In this document: positions 24,280 to 37,699 of the stretch, in pieces
Numbering within the stretch: position 1 is the stretch's first letter
How the letters are laid out: every line of letters begins with the position of its first letter
Assembly (NCBI GenBank): GCA_028534125.1
Contig: CM052817.1
Coordinates: 34,412,001 to 34,476,000, forward strand
Length of the DNA: 64,000 bases
Direction: 5' to 3'
Source: Lama glama
Lineage: Eukaryota
Notes under the pieces: generated by a model
Database searches by the model: none
What the model saw: the letters and a program-made list of their open reading frames with translations, nothing else
What the model was told of the DNA's origin: nothing
Made by a program: the position numbers and the translations under genes

Positions 24280-26190
24280 GCTTCCACTTCAAGATAATAG
24301 GTTAAGAAAAGAGTTATTTCCTCTCCTTTCTGGATTCTATTAAAATTATAGGAAAAAAGTATTAAAGTCACAACAGCCAAAGCCCACTGCAAAGGTCATG
24401 AGCATCCAGGAGATCTCAGCAAAAGACTAGAAAATGAAAATACATGGAAGATACATGAACGTCTGGTGACTGATGAAGGAGAGAAAAGAAGCCACAGTTT
24501 GGAATCTATGCTACAGTTGGGGCGGAAGCAATCTATCTGGCAGGATTCCAAGGAAATTCTGGATTTAAAGATGGCAGGTATCAGGAAGATGGAAGTGAGA
24601 ATTGCCACTGAAAATGGCGTGTGACTAAAGACGAACACAGAGCACAATTCACACATCCCCACTCTTTTTCCTGCCCCTTCATAAAGAAGGGCCTATAGCT
24701 AAACCCAGGCAAATATCAGAATGTTCTTCTTCGAGGAAATTGAGCGAGCTATTCAGGGAGGATTAAGTTGACTAGTGCAAGTATTAGTGCTCCAAAATAA
24801 AAGCTTCCCAAAGCTGGCATCTACTCTCCACCCCTGTACCGGCTAGCTCTCTAGGGACCTGCTAGAGCAAAGCATGACAGTCAAGAAGCCGTACTAGTAG
24901 AGAAGGAGCCTTTCTGTCTACATAGTTGATGAAAGTCTGCACCATGACAGAGAAATATTAAGACAGACAGAGAGTGAAAAAGAGAGGAAAGGAGAGAAAG
25001 AGAGGGAGGAGGGGGTAGGGTAAGAGAAGGGGAGAAAACTCAGCTAATAGATGAGATCATCTTTTAAATGTTGACATCTTTTTCAGATTTTAGAAGGGAC
25101 TGTATCACTATAACAAGAATAAGATGCTATTTTAAAAAGCATAACTAGAGAATCAGTAGAAGCCAGGGTTTAAAATATAATTGCCAATATTGAAAGTTCA
25201 ATAGAAGAGTTGGTAGGTAAAATTAAAGAAAACTCTCAGAAGGTAGAGAAATACAGACACACACAATATACATGAAATATGAATACATATGGAAGAAAAT
25301 ATGAGATGGAGATCAAACCAGAATATTCACTATCCAACTAATACAAGTTCCAGAAAAAGAAAACAAAGAATACAAAAGGATATAATTATTAAAGAAACTA
25401 TAGAAGAAAATCTTCCATAAGTCAAAAAATATGCAAGTCTTCAGACTTCAAGAGGTACCACATTTTAGGAAGAACAAATAAAAACAGACTGATGATTAGA
25501 CACATCCATGTAAAATTTTTAAACACAAAAATAAAGATATTTTTATATAAATATATAAAGATATATTTTTATACAGTAAGTTTCAGAGAGAAAAAGCAGG
25601 TCACCTATAAAGGAATGAAAATAAAACTAGCATCAGATTTCTCAGCAGCAACACTGGATGCCAGAAAACACTACAGCAAAGCCTGCCAGTTTCTCAGGGA
25701 AGATGATTTTCAACCTAGAATTTTATACCCCATCAAGTAATCGATTAGGAAAGAAGAATAAAAGCCATGTTCAGTCATGCAATAATACATCAAAGAAAAG
25801 AGCAACTTAATTTACTTGAGGATACACTCCCATAAAAGAAGAGAATAAAAGAAACGAAGGTTTTATTTTGTTTTTGAAGTTGAATATAGATATCTAAGTA
25901 TACTGAGAGGAGAAGAGGCATGCATGAGGTAGGTGGTGTACGTGAGCTAATTATCAATTGAAAATGTTAAATTGGATAAGTAAGAACTATTTCTATAAGC
26001 ACCTCTTCTAGGTTTATGAACAGACTGTCCCAAAGGACCCAAAACATAAACTGTCGAAAGTGATTGCTTCTCAAGAGTTGAGTATGGAGTGGAGAGAAGT
26101 AGAGCCAGGAACTGACTTTTTATTATAAGCCCCTCATTCTGTTTTAATTTTTTAGCATGTGCACTGATAGCTTTGATGAAATTGTTTTTC
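24280..26190 (+). mobile_element. HAL1 (half-L1) element: ORF1-only LINE-1 relative, degenerate
   Basis: ORF 25492..25740 (RHIHVKFLN...FREKKQVTYKGMKIKLASDFSAATLDARK...LREDDFQPRILYP) is ORF1p-like; no ORF2 follows and the element ends about 400 bp later in tttttattataagccc...catgtgcactgatagctttgatgaaa, like a HAL1 3' end. Confidence 0.7.
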
Positions 26191-26289
26191 TTTTTACAAG
26201 ATTTAACAGTACCTCAACTTATGAACATCATTTGTCAACACACTGACAAATGGTTGAAGTACAAGTTAATAAGTCATTCCAATAATTAT

Positions 26290-26640
26290 GTTGTCCTTGT
26301 TTCTGCATCTCTAAAATGGGGATAATAATGCCTGCTTCGTGGGGATGCTGTTAGGTAATGCCTGGACTGCAACTGGCATGATGCCTGGCACATAGTCAGC
26401 TCTTCAGGAAGCATAGCTACCGTGACTAGAAGACAGAGGACAGCTGACTAGAAGACAGCTGTTGAGACCGACCCTCCCTCTGTCACTGACCACAAGCTGT
26501 GCAGGCTTCGAGAAGTCTTACTTTCCTCATCTGTAACTTGAGAATAGGAATGCCCTGCCTTGAAATAAGTTACAGCATAGAAAATGCTTATCACAGTACC
26601 TGTACTAAATAGATACTTAATAAATGGTGGATATTATCCT
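26290..26640 (+). mobile_element. Two MIR fragments
   Basis: ttctgcatctctaaaatggggataataatgcct...tgcctggcacatagt; tttcctcatctgtaa...acttaataaatgg. Confidence 0.7.
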
Positions 26641-27199
26641 TATTAAATCTTTACATGGAAGATAATTTCTTCCATGACAGGGCATATCCAGACTCACTCA
26701 GATCCACCGGAAAGTGCCTCCTCTCTTAATTCCCTTATGCTCTACATACTGTATCTGCTTCTTAGAATAATCACCAAACTTAATATTGTTTATCAGCGTT
26801 TCCCGCCCCAGATTACAATGAACCAAAAAGAAAACCAAGTAAATTATCTTCTGCGTACCCCTTGGGCCTCCAGGGTGAGAAGGAAGAGGAGGAAAGAGGA
26901 AAAAAAGAGTCTATGCTACACCTTCTGTTATCAAGGACGGGAATGGGGGACTGTAACAGATAAAAAAGTGATTAAAAACATGCATTACTGTCGAGTAGGA
27001 AACACTGCTCTAGTACATGTGTATTTCATAAATAATGCCATAGAGTAAATTATTTTAAAACTCCACGATAGCACACAACAACAATTAGTGGACATTTTTC
27101 CTAAGCTTTTGAGCAGCACTTTTCCTCAGCGCTCAGGATGAGGGCAATTTATCCTCTGTCAGAGAGGCACACGAGATTGCTAACCAGAGGCAGGAGGAA

Positions 27200-27410
27200 G
27201 AAGGCACAGACATTTCATGTGTGCTCTGTGCCAGACACTTACAGTCACCATATTTAATGCTCACAAATAACCCTTGATGGCGTGTGTTTGACCAGTGAGG
27301 TAAATGAGGCTCAGAGGCATCAAATAACTTGTCCAAGTTCACGCAGCTGGTAAGGGTTAGAACAGAGATTTGAACCCATGACTCCAGAGTCTATATTCTT
27401 TTCACCAGAC
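27200..27410 (-). mobile_element. MIR SINE
   Basis: tgaggctcagagg...aataacttgtccaagttcacgcagctggtaag...gatttgaaccca. Confidence 0.8.
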
Positions 27411-28005
27411 CTCCCAGGATGTTAACCAGAACTCCACCACTTCCCAGGGTGCCCTGGTCAGGGAATCTGGAGACAAGGGTTTAATTCCTGGCTCAACCAC
27501 CAAGTAATTTAGGCCAATTTACCCTTTTAAGGGTTTTTCTGACTCCATTCAAAATATAACTGTACTTTGCATAGCATCATAAGAACACAGAAAGAATGAA
27601 CTCATGTTTATAAAGGACTATGTAAAGCCTAAATATACTCTTATTTTTAAAATATTCTTATATACAGATAAAAATTATACTCTCAAAAAGACATTCTAGG
27701 ACCTCAAACTAAGATTAGATTTCAATGTCTCCATTTCTTAACTAACCAGAAACCAAATAATGTCATTCCAAACAGCATAGATAATATTTTCTTGGAGCCT
27801 AGAAAATAAATGTCAATACTTGTGGTAGCTTCCGAAAATTTAGAAGCGCTAGCCCCAGAATAAATACATATTGTGGGGAAAGGCAATGTAACCCAGGCCA
27901 ATAAATATTCATCGAAAATGCTCACATAGAAAATATGTGGGAATCTATGTGAGTTGATTCAAAAGAAAGAAACTAACTTGATGCTAAGATTGAGCTGTGA
28001 TGGGG

Positions 28006-28130
28006 CTCTCCTGACCGCCTGTGACGACAGTGTTCAACACCGCCCACAAAGTCAGGGCCAGGCAGAAACGCACATGTCCCTAGTGAGATGGCAACACACT
28101 CTACATGTCTGAAACAGCTTTCTTTTTACT
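28006..28130 (+). repeat. Copy 1 of a diverged ~120-bp direct repeat
   Basis: Core accgcccacaaagtcagggccaggcagaaa (28039-28068) matches 29315-29344 at 29/30. Confidence 0.85.
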
Positions 28131-28429
28131 ATCATGATAAATTAGAGACTGGATGCATTAATATGTACAACTGCAGTCATTTCATTCTATATTCCCAGAA
28201 ATATTAAATATACCTGGAATTATATAATTAATCCATATATTCCTTATCTAAATGAAGCAGAGTCAAACCATTACTGGATGTCTTGTTCTATAGATCAGTA
28301 AGTATTAATAATTCAAGCCAAGAACTTTCCAAATTCACCAAGTGCTGAGTCGCACTTCCTCCTGCTTCAGCAAGGCTACCTGAAGCGCATGCTAAGTACT
28401 TGCCACAGCCCTTATTTTCTGAGCCCTAG

Positions 28430-28941
28430 TGGGATAGTTAGATTTATATGTCAACTTGTCTAGGCCATAGTAGCCAGATATTTGGTCAAATATTATTCTA
28501 GATGTCTCTGTGAAGGCATTTCTTAGATGAGATTAACATTTATATCAGTAGACTTTGAGTAAAGCAGATTACTGTCTGGAATGTGGGTGGGCCTTGTCTA
28601 ATCAGTCGAAGGCCTTAGGAGCAAAAGACAGCCCTTCTCAGAAGAGGGAATCTGCCAGAAGACTTAAACATGTCAGTCCCAGACTTGAGTTTGGACTCAG
28701 ACTGAAACTCTTCCCTGGGTTTCCAGTCTGCCAACCTACCCTGCAGATTTTGGACTTGTCAAGCCTCCACAGTCATGTGAGCCAACTCTTTAAAATAAAT
28801 CTTGATAGATGATAGATGGGTAGATGGATAGATGGATGGATGGATAGATAGATAATAGGTAGGTAGCTAGGTAGGTAAGTAGGTAGACAGACAGACAGAC
28901 ATCCTTTTGGTTGCATTTCTCTAAGAACCCTGACTAATGCA
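28430..28941 (+). mobile_element. MLT2-type (ERVL) solo LTR with an internal (GATA/GGAT/TAGG/GACA)n compound repeat
   Basis: tgtcaacttgtctaggcca...gactttgagtaaagcagattac...gaaccctgactaatgca; simple repeat at ~28804-28900. Confidence 0.88.
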
Positions 28942-29079
28942 TCATTTAGAATCACAGAACAGATAATGACAGCAAATGGACCTGAAGAGCATTTGCAAAG
29001 TGGTGGGTGGGCTGCCTTCCAACACCTGAAAGATTTGGCTGCAAGTATCTCAAAGGAAACAGGTCCCAAACCAAGAGGC

Positions 29080-29280
29080 AAGGGTTCAAATTCTGGTTGT
29101 GCCATTTGTTAGCTGTGTGACTTCAGGATGTTACCTGACTTCCCGGTGTCTCAGTGTCCTCATCTGTCAAAGAATAAATGCACTTACTGTGTAAGCCCAT
29201 CATAAGGATAACATAAGTTAGCACACACAAAGCAGTTAGAAGCATGCCTGGCACAGAAGAAGGGCTCATTAGATGTCATC
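29080..29280 (+). mobile_element. MIR SINE
   Basis: gggttcaaattctggttgtgccatttgttagctgtgtgac...ctcagtgtcctcatctgtcaaa...tgcctggcacag. Confidence 0.8.
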
Positions 29281-29285
29281 ATCCT

Positions 29286-29406
29286 CTCTCAGCCACCACT
29301 GTGCAATGCTCATTACCGCCCAAAAAGTCAGGGCCAGGCAGAAAACTCATGCACTCCCGGTAGGCTGGAAATGCACTCCGCAGGTTGAAACGGCCTTCCT
29401 GTTACC
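29286..29406 (+). repeat. Copy 2 of a diverged ~120-bp direct repeat
   Basis: Collinear with 28006-28130 (core offset 1276 bp). Confidence 0.85.
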
Positions 29407-31102
29407 TTCCCTTGTACTCCTGTCCTAGCAGGAGCATCCCAACCACAGAGACACAATCTGTAACTCCTCATACTATCTTCCCCCTCTCCCTTTCTCTCAC
29501 CAAACTCCGCGCACCCTCAGAACTCCCTGAGTCTATGTCCCAGGGCCTTTTCTATCTTGCTTGACTTACTCGTTCATTCTATAATCATGTACTGACCACT
29601 ACTTCAGGCCTCACACCGGTTTGGAAGTGCTGTGAATGCAAAGATAAGTAAACAAAGGTGAGTACTACACAGTGGAGGGGACTTCGCATTCCCACTGCCG
29701 CCACCTCTGGGCATCTTAGCCGGCCCCCTCGGATCATTGATGGAGCTTCCTAAGCAGTTTTTCAGCCTCTCTCCCTTCAAGCCATCCTTTATTGTGACGC
29801 TTCCCAAAACACAGGTCAGGTTGCTTCCCTTGGCCTCGAGAATAAAGTTCACAACTGTTCCCAAACAATCTTTCTTTCATCATCTCCCAATATTATTCTC
29901 CGCAGAGGGCTTTCTGACCACTTCCCCAGAACACTGCACTCCTAGGTGCTCTGTGACCCACTCCTGCAGCTGGCCCCTCACTCCCATCACCTGCCCAGTG
30001 CCCTCCTTGACCTTCCCAGTGAGAAGCCCCTGCATGTGACATTCCAGCTGTCATTTATGTAGCTGAGGCCTGGCTTGAGCCCAGGCCGTCTTCACTCCAG
30101 GATAAAGACAGGGCCTGGGCCAGTCTGGAGGGCTCCTGGGCTGGGTCTGCCAAGGTTCTAGTGCATGAGGGTCTGGGGAGCCTCCTGGGAAATGAACTCA
30201 TCCCGGTGGGAGAGAGGCCAAGCCACACAAACCTGTTCCAAGGACAGCCAGCCAGTGTCCGAGGAAGGGCTCATTTTGAGTACAGCAGGGTGTCTGCCAC
30301 TCAGTTTGCCCTTGGCCAAGTTCACAGGGCTGCATGCCTGAGTCATGCAGTCATCCATCTGCACGTAACAAACACTGAGTAAGTGCCTCCCCTGAGTCAG
30401 CCTCTGGACTCGGCACGGGGAATATGCGAGTGTAAGAACCATTCCCAACCTGAGGGGCGTAACTTGAAGTTTAGTGGGAGTTCTAAAAAAAAGCGAGCTA
30501 CAATGTAAGAAGTGGGTGGTTTTTGTTTGTTTTCTTTGGGTTTTTTTTTTTTACAGTTTTCTTTTATAATTTAAATTTCTACATTTGTCATTTGAATCCC
30601 TGTATGACTGGGAGAACAGAAGGCAACTCTGCTGTATGGTCTATATGTGAGAGTGTAACAAGATTAGGGATAAAGGATGCTTTTCCCTCTTGATGTGAAA
30701 CATGGGGAAGGCTTAGGCCATAAATGGCTCAGTCATGTGAGCCTCCAGCTGGACCAGCCAGAGAAGAAACGGGAGATGGCAGCATCAGCCACAGCGTCCC
30801 AGCCTGTGGGGTGACCGGCAGCTTACCTCACAGCAGGAGCAGGGGAATGGCAACCCCACGGGGGCCAGTAAGCCAGCACTGGGAAGGGAGGTGCCTGGAA
30901 GTCCTGCAATTCTGTGTTTGTTAGGGCTCTATTTCTGCCTCAAGACAACGTCTTAGGGAAATCAGCATTTTTTTTCCTACTTCTCATCCACCAATTTGTC
31001 ATTTCTGTAAGGGCAGGCCCTGTGTCTTACTGTATGAAGACTCAAACTAGCCAAATGAAGGTATGGAACAGAGTTTTGTTGAAATAAAATGAATATGAAG
31101 AA

Positions 31103-32536
31103 TGTTCATAACAGCACTATTTACAATAGCCAAGACACGGAAGTAACACAAGTGCCCATCAAGAGATGATTGGATTAAGAAGATGTGTTGTCTAATTATC
31201 AGAGAAATGCAAATCAAAACTACAATGAGGTATCACCTCACACCAGTCAGAATGGCCATCATTCAAAAAAGTCCACAAATGACAAATGCTGGAGAGGCTG
31301 TGGAGAAAAGGGAACCCTCCTACACTGCTGGTGGGAATGCAGTTTGGTGCAGCCACTGTGGAAAACAGTATGGAGATTCCTCAAAAGACTAGGAATACAC
31401 TTAACATATGACCCAGTAATCCCACTCTTGGGCATATATCCAGAAGGAACCCTAATTCAAAAAGATATCTGCACTCCAATGTTCATAGCAGCACTATTTA
31501 CAATAACCAAGACATGGAAACAGCCTAAATGTCCATCAACAGATGACTGGATAAAGACGATGTGATACATTTATACAATGGAATACTATTCAGCCATAAA
31601 AATGACAACATAACACCATTTGCAGCAACATGGATGTCCCTGGAGAATGTCATTCTAAGTGAAGTAAGCCAGAAAGAGAAAGAAAAATACTATATGAGAT
31701 TGCTTATATGTGGAATCTAAAAAAAAAAAAAAAAAGAACATAAATACAAAACAGAAACAGACTCATAGACATAGAATACAAACTTGTGGTTGCCATGGGG
31801 GAGGGGGGTGGGAAGGGACAGACTGGGAGTTCGAAATTTGTAGATACTGACAGGTATATATAGAATAGATAAACAATATTATACTGTATAGCACAGGGAA
31901 ATATATACAAGATCTTGTGGTAGCTCACGGTGAAAAAGAATGCGACATTGAATATATGTATGTTCATGTATAACCGAAAAATTGTGCTCTACACTGGAAA
32001 TAGACACAACATTGTAAACTGACTATAACTTAATAAAATAAAATTTTTTTTAAAAAGATGTGCTGTATACATTCAATGGAATACTACTCAGCCACAAAAA
32101 AGAATGAAGTAATGCCATTTGCAGCAGCATGGATAGACTTAGAGAATATTAGGTTTAGTAAAATGAATCAGACAGAGAAAGACAAAGACTATATGATATC
32201 TCTTATATATAGAATCTAAAAAATAATACAAATAGATGTATATGTAAAACAGAAACAGAATCATGGAAATAGCGACATGGAAAACAAACTTGTGGTTACC
32301 CAAAGGAAGAGGGAAGGGAGGAGGAACAAATTAGGGGTATGGGATTAACAGACACAAATTATTACATATAAAATAGATAAGCAACAAGGATATACTGTGT
32401 AGCACAGGGAATTGAACCTAGGATCTTATAATAACCTCTACTGGAATATAATCTGCAAAAATACTGAGTCACTGTGCTGTACACCCGAAACTAACACAAT
32501 ATTGTAAATCAACTATACTTCAATTTAAAATAAAAT
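31103..32536 (+). mobile_element. Older L1 3' fragment (outer element), split by a nested L1
   Basis: Reads continuously when 31192-32066 is removed; TSD aaaatgaatatgaagaa (31086-31102) / aaaatgagcatgaagaa (32537-32553). Confidence 0.88.
31192..32051 (+). mobile_element. Younger 5'-truncated L1 (ORF2 C-terminal remnant plus 3' UTR), nested
   Basis: Frameshifted ORF2p C-terminus [23 protein letters not shown] / [37 protein letters not shown] aagaagatgtgttgt (31177-31191) / aaaaagatgtgctgt (32052-32066). Confidence 0.93.
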
Positions 32537-33329
32537 AAAATGAGCATGAAGAACTTTTATTTAAGTAAAACAGCCAGAGTATAGAAATGTGTAGAGGAAG
32601 AAGTATAAAGAATATCACAGCTAGGTGGGCTTTTGCATCCATTATATTCTAAGGCAAGCTCTGCACTCTTTCTTCATTCCACCCTGGAGGCTCAAGTCGG
32701 AATTAAGGCAGAGTCAATTTGTTGTTGATCATTTTATATTAGTCCTTTGTTGTTACTATAAGAATAGTACATTCTCACGATGAAAAAATTAAAAGCCTGG
32801 TGAAAGATGGAAAGGGAACAGTAGAAGTGGATACCACACAAACCCAGGGTGGAATGTTCAGTGATGGAATCGAATAGAACTCTTTATCATTCGGAAGCCC
32901 AGGCCATTTCTCCTCCTACTTCTCTACACCTCAGATATAATAATACACCCCATCACGTGGGATAGAGATGGAAACAGAAACAAAGTGACCCAGTGACTTT
33001 TCCCAGTCTCACACATCAGATGGCTTCAAAAATCCAGGCCAGTCTGAGTCGGCCTGATTTCCAGATAAAAGCCTTGGTCCTTCTGAAATCACTCATCACA
33101 GATTCCAGACATAACCTGCTGGAATTTGTCAGCAAAAATGAAGGCTGCAGCAATAGCCAAGCCAGTCGACAGGGACGCCAATTTCATTTTCATTCATTGT
33201 TTTCTGGTGAAAGAACCAAAGAAAAACTTAACTTACTAAGATAGAGTATAGCCATTTTTATTCATTCTCTGCTCATATAACGACAGAAAAAAAGGATGCT
33301 TTTGTGAAATAGGACGAGGAGACAGAACT

Positions 33330-33510
33330 ACTAGACCTGCTTTGCTGCTTAGTAGCTGGGTGACCTACAGCAAATCATTTCACTTTCTGAGCTGCTGTTT
33401 TCTCTATGGCAAAAGAACAGAAAGTCCTACCCTGCCTAGCTCATGAAGCTGTTGTAAAGATAGCTGAGTCCCTGTTTTTGAAAACTCTAAAGAGTGATAG
33501 AAATGGAAGG
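33330..33510 (+). mobile_element. MIR SINE
   Basis: gcttagtagctgggtgacct...aaatcatttcactttctgagc...gttttctctatggcaaaa. Confidence 0.65.
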
Positions 33511-34293
33511 TATAAAGCTTACATCACTCTGCAATACTATACCAAAGGGTCACAGACCTGTTCACCCTGTATTTTCCCCTAAAGGCTCCCCACTATGCTC
33601 CACCCTAAACTTCACCCCCAACTGCTTCCTACTGTGACAGCATCCTCCCTCCAGCAAGATTCTCTTATTACTGGAAATAGTACCTAATACCTAAAGATCA
33701 CTCAGCACAAGGTCAAGAGCTGACTGTCGGCAAAAAGGCAAACCAAAGAAATGGAGATCATGTGAGAGGGAAACATTTTGCTCTCAAGGCTCTGCCTATA
33801 AGGTCCACATGAAGGTGAGTATGACATAAAGAACTCTGCTGCTCGAGCTGGGGTCGGGGAGGGTGCAGGCTATCTGCCAGTGTAACGCAGAGTACAGAGA
33901 GGACGCTGTCCCGAGAAAAGTCAAGCGGGTGTAATGCAATGCCCTAGAGCCAGACTACAAGGGTCATTTTAATGCTATGTGACCTTGAGCAAATCAGAGT
34001 CTTTCCATGCCTTACCAGAAGGTTACAATAATGGCACCTAGGGCACAAGGCTGTTGTGAGGATTCAGTGAATGAACACGATGGGATACTTGGCACTGCGG
34101 CTGAGCAAGTGACATGTGGTAATGGTGGTGATGGTGGTGGGGGTGGTGGTAATAATGGCAATGGTGACTGATAGTTCTAACTAAACCTCCCACTGCTCCC
34201 ACATAAGAGCCAGAACAGAGCAGAGAAAAAAGTGTCCCAGGAAAAGGCAGCCAGCCTCTGCTTTCTGCACAGGGCACATTGAAGGAAACCAGC

Positions 34294-34674
34294 TGTCTTA
34301 GTCCATTCAAGCTGCTGTAATAAAAATACCATAAACTGGGTGCTTCAACAACAAACACCTATTTCACACAATTCTGGAGGCTGAAAGTCCAAGATTAAGG
34401 TGCCAGCAGATTCCATGTCTGGTAAGAACTTGCTTCCTGGTGCACAGATGGCCATCTTCCCCTCATGTGATGCAAGGGCCCCATGTGTCCTCATGTGGTC
34501 CAAGGGGTGAGAGCTCTCCAGAGTCTCTTTTATGAGGGCACTAGTCTCATCCACAAGGGCAGAGCCCTCATGACCTAACCACTTGCCAGAGGCCCCACCT
34601 CCTGATATCATTGCCTTGGGAGTCAGGACTTCAACATCTGAATTTGGGGGGACACAAACATTCAGTGGAGCACA
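34294..34674 (-). mobile_element. MLT1A-type (MaLR) solo LTR
   Basis: tgtcttagtccattcaagctgctgtaataaaaataccata...ttctggaggctgaaagtccaagattaaggtgccagcag...gaatttggggggacacaaacattcag. Confidence 0.88.
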
Positions 34675-35741
34675 AGGCTTCTTCAAAGTCATATCATGCA
34701 GGGGTCTTATAGTAACAAACTAGGGACAACAAGAACCTAGGTTATAGTAATAAGGTCTCCTTGGACTGTGAACTTTGCACCACTTCATTCAGACAGACTG
34801 AGAAGTCTGATAGATTTCCCTCGAGCCCCTGACAGAGGGAAGTGCCCATTCCAGGCGCGTGAGCATGAGCATGGGGTGCGGAGGAGTCTGGGGCAGAGAA
34901 GAGCCTCTGGGACAATGCAAGGCCAGGGCCAAGAAACGAGCCAAGGCACACGGAGCTAGGGCAGAACGGTCCCTCAGCTTCTCCCCTCTAAAGGGGCTAC
35001 AGCGTTCAGGGTTAACACCGGACCCAAACTCTTCACATACTTGATACTGTGTTCGTGTTTTATTAACATTGGCTTAAGCTAACTTTTCAGTAAAGTGTTT
35101 ACAGTTCATCCCCTAGCTTGGGTTCAGCAATGAATTGCTTTCATGCGTCCATCCAGCAGGTGTTTAGGGACTGCTACAGAACTCCACACCCTGGGCTCAG
35201 AAGGAGAAGCCAGAACCTGTAGCTTAGCAGGGCAGACAGCACGGTAAACAACGGTTACACTCCAGGCTCAAGTTCTGCATCAGTACCAAGTGCCCAGGAA
35301 TAAAAAAGCACTGGGACGGCTGGAAGGGTAGACCACGAAGGGCCCTGAAGCCTGGTTAAGGAGATTAGACTTTATCCTGAAGGCAACGGGAGCTGCTGAA
35401 AGATATACCAACTTGAATGTCCTCTGGTATTGTCACAAATGCTCACCCTGGGTGAACCCCAAATACCTCAGCCACATTCTGGCACCCAGAATGAACTAAA
35501 TTAAAACCTCCCCTTGAAAAAATCACTACCACCCAAAGATTATGCCTTTTGGGGGGTGGTTCAAAGTTACATTATCCTCACCCAACAGAGTCAGGTGATG
35601 ATTTCCCTGAGGTCTCAAAAGAGGGAAAACTTCATTCAGGCAGACTGAAACCCAGAAATCGTCTCTTTTTTCGTTTACTGTAAGAGTCCCAAGATTATTC
35701 AAAGCTTAAGATCAGAGATGCCCAAGGCCAGGGCTTTTCCT

Positions 35742-35766
35742 AAAAAAAAAAAAAAAAAAAAAAAAA
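35742..35766. repeat. Poly(A) tract (A25)
   Basis: Homopolymer run. Confidence 0.95.
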
Positions 35767-37009
35767 GACTACTAAAATTTTAAAGGCAAAAGGAAGGAAT
35801 TTGAGTCATTTTAGTGATTAAAATAGAGTATGCTGGATGGAGGCCAGCCAACTATTGTAATAATCAAGACATTGCTCTTTCAACTTTTGAGGGATAATAT
35901 CAAAATTCATGCTAGAAATGTTTATTTTATTTCCTAAAACCCTGCAGAGAAGGCTTTCTCAGCTACAGAGTTTCTGCAAAGTAGGGGGCTTATGGCCGTC
36001 AACCTGCTCGGAAGAGATTTGTCCTGAAGCTGCGTTTGTGTAACCAGGACACTGTCTTTGGTCAGATTGTATATTTATTTGTAATGGCTTGGACATCCAA
36101 GAAAGGGAGCTAAAATACTCCTGAACGACCCTTTTGACATGTCACCGCTCCCAGTAAATTGAGGGTAGTTAACCTGTGAGGCTGATAAACATTACTGGTG
36201 GGGAAATTAAGGCTGTTCCTGGAAGGACCTGTGACTATATCCAAGGCATTTTGTCCATGGATACCTTCCCCGCATTCTATGGGGATAATCTCTGCATTTG
36301 AAACAAAACAACAGAGTAACTGTGGTTGCCTGTGGGTGAGACATTCAGTGTGAACTCCCCGTGTGAGGAGCACGAGAACACTCACTTCATTCCTTCCACC
36401 TCCCAGGCTCTGCCTGGTGCTAAAAATTCCCTTTTTTTTTTTTTTACTTTTTTGAGTGAAGATATTAAAAGCTACTAAGAAAATGCCCATTTTATCGGGA
36501 GGGGTTGCACACTGAGTCATTAGGAATAACAATTCCTCGAATGACGTCATCTAGCTATACTGCCGTCCAATTTCTGGGCAGTTTCCAGGGTAATAGTAAA
36601 GATGCCTTTTGATCCTGGGGAGGAGGCCAGGGGATGTCTGTCTGAATGACAGGCTCTGGGTGTGGGCCCAGGAAGACACTAAAAAAAATGTACTGCGTCC
36701 CCATTTTGCTGGGACTGGCCCAGTCTCATTGTGTGAGTGTTGTGGGCTGAGATCATGAGAATTATTCTGGCTAGAGCTAATTGCTTTATTGTGTACTTCA
36801 GGCCGTGTGAAGAGACTGGATGAAGTACCTGGGTCACACATTCACCAACTATGTGAGTTTACATGTTTTACGTAACATCCTAGAGCCTCAGTTACGCATA
36901 AAAAGTGGGAATAATAATACCAGCCTCCCTTACCTCTGAGAGCTCCTGTGAAAATCAAGTCGATTAATGAATGTGAGAGTACTGTGCAAATAAAAGGCAG
37001 TTATTTAAG

Positions 37010-37525
37010 GGCCGTGTTTGATCCAGCAATCACATTCCTTGCTATTTACCCAAATGAGTTGAAAACTCATGTCCACACAAAAGCCTGTGCACAAATTGGC
37101 AATCATGAACTTGCCAACATTGGGAGGCAACAAAGATGTCCTTCAGTAGGTGAATGGATAAACAAAATTTGGTACATCCATACAGAAGGATATTATTCAG
37201 CAATAAAAAGGAATGAGCTGTAAAGACACAGAGGAACTTTAGATGCACATCGCTAAGTGCAAGAAGCCAATCTAAAAAGGCTATGTTCTACATGACGCTG
37301 ACTATCCAGCATTCTGGAAAAGGCAAAACTGGGGAGACGGTGGAGACCAGGGGTTGTCAGGAGTTGGAGAGAGGAATGGATGAGCAGGTGGAGCCCAGGG
37401 GAATTTTAGGGCAGTGAAACTGTTCGGTATGATGCTGTAATGGTGGATACAAAACCTATAGAATGTACAATACAAAGAATGAACCTTAATGTAGACTATG
37501 AACTTCAGTTACTAATAATGTATCA
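37010..37525 (+). mobile_element. L1MC-type 3' fragment
   Basis: FDPAITFLAIYPNELKTHVHTK ORF2 C-terminal remnant; 3' UTR aaaacctatagaatgtacaa...aatgtagactatgaacttcagtta. Confidence 0.8.
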
Positions 37526-37699
37526 AAGGGCCATGTTACTCCTAATTCAAACCCTTCAGGGGCACCCCATTGCCCACCTACTAAAGCCCATGCCCTGCAC
37601 AACAGCATCTAAAGCCCACCATCGCCTGGTCCCTTGCTCTACCACCCAGGATTACTAGGAATTCTCTAAATAAACTCTCCTGTTCATCTGATGCTTTTG

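Noticed and set aside
31185..31565. ORFs with clear protein similarity (also 21923-22168, 45514-45726, 61430-61828)
   Set aside because: These are frameshifted or truncated LINE-1 ORF2p remnants, not host genes or active elements
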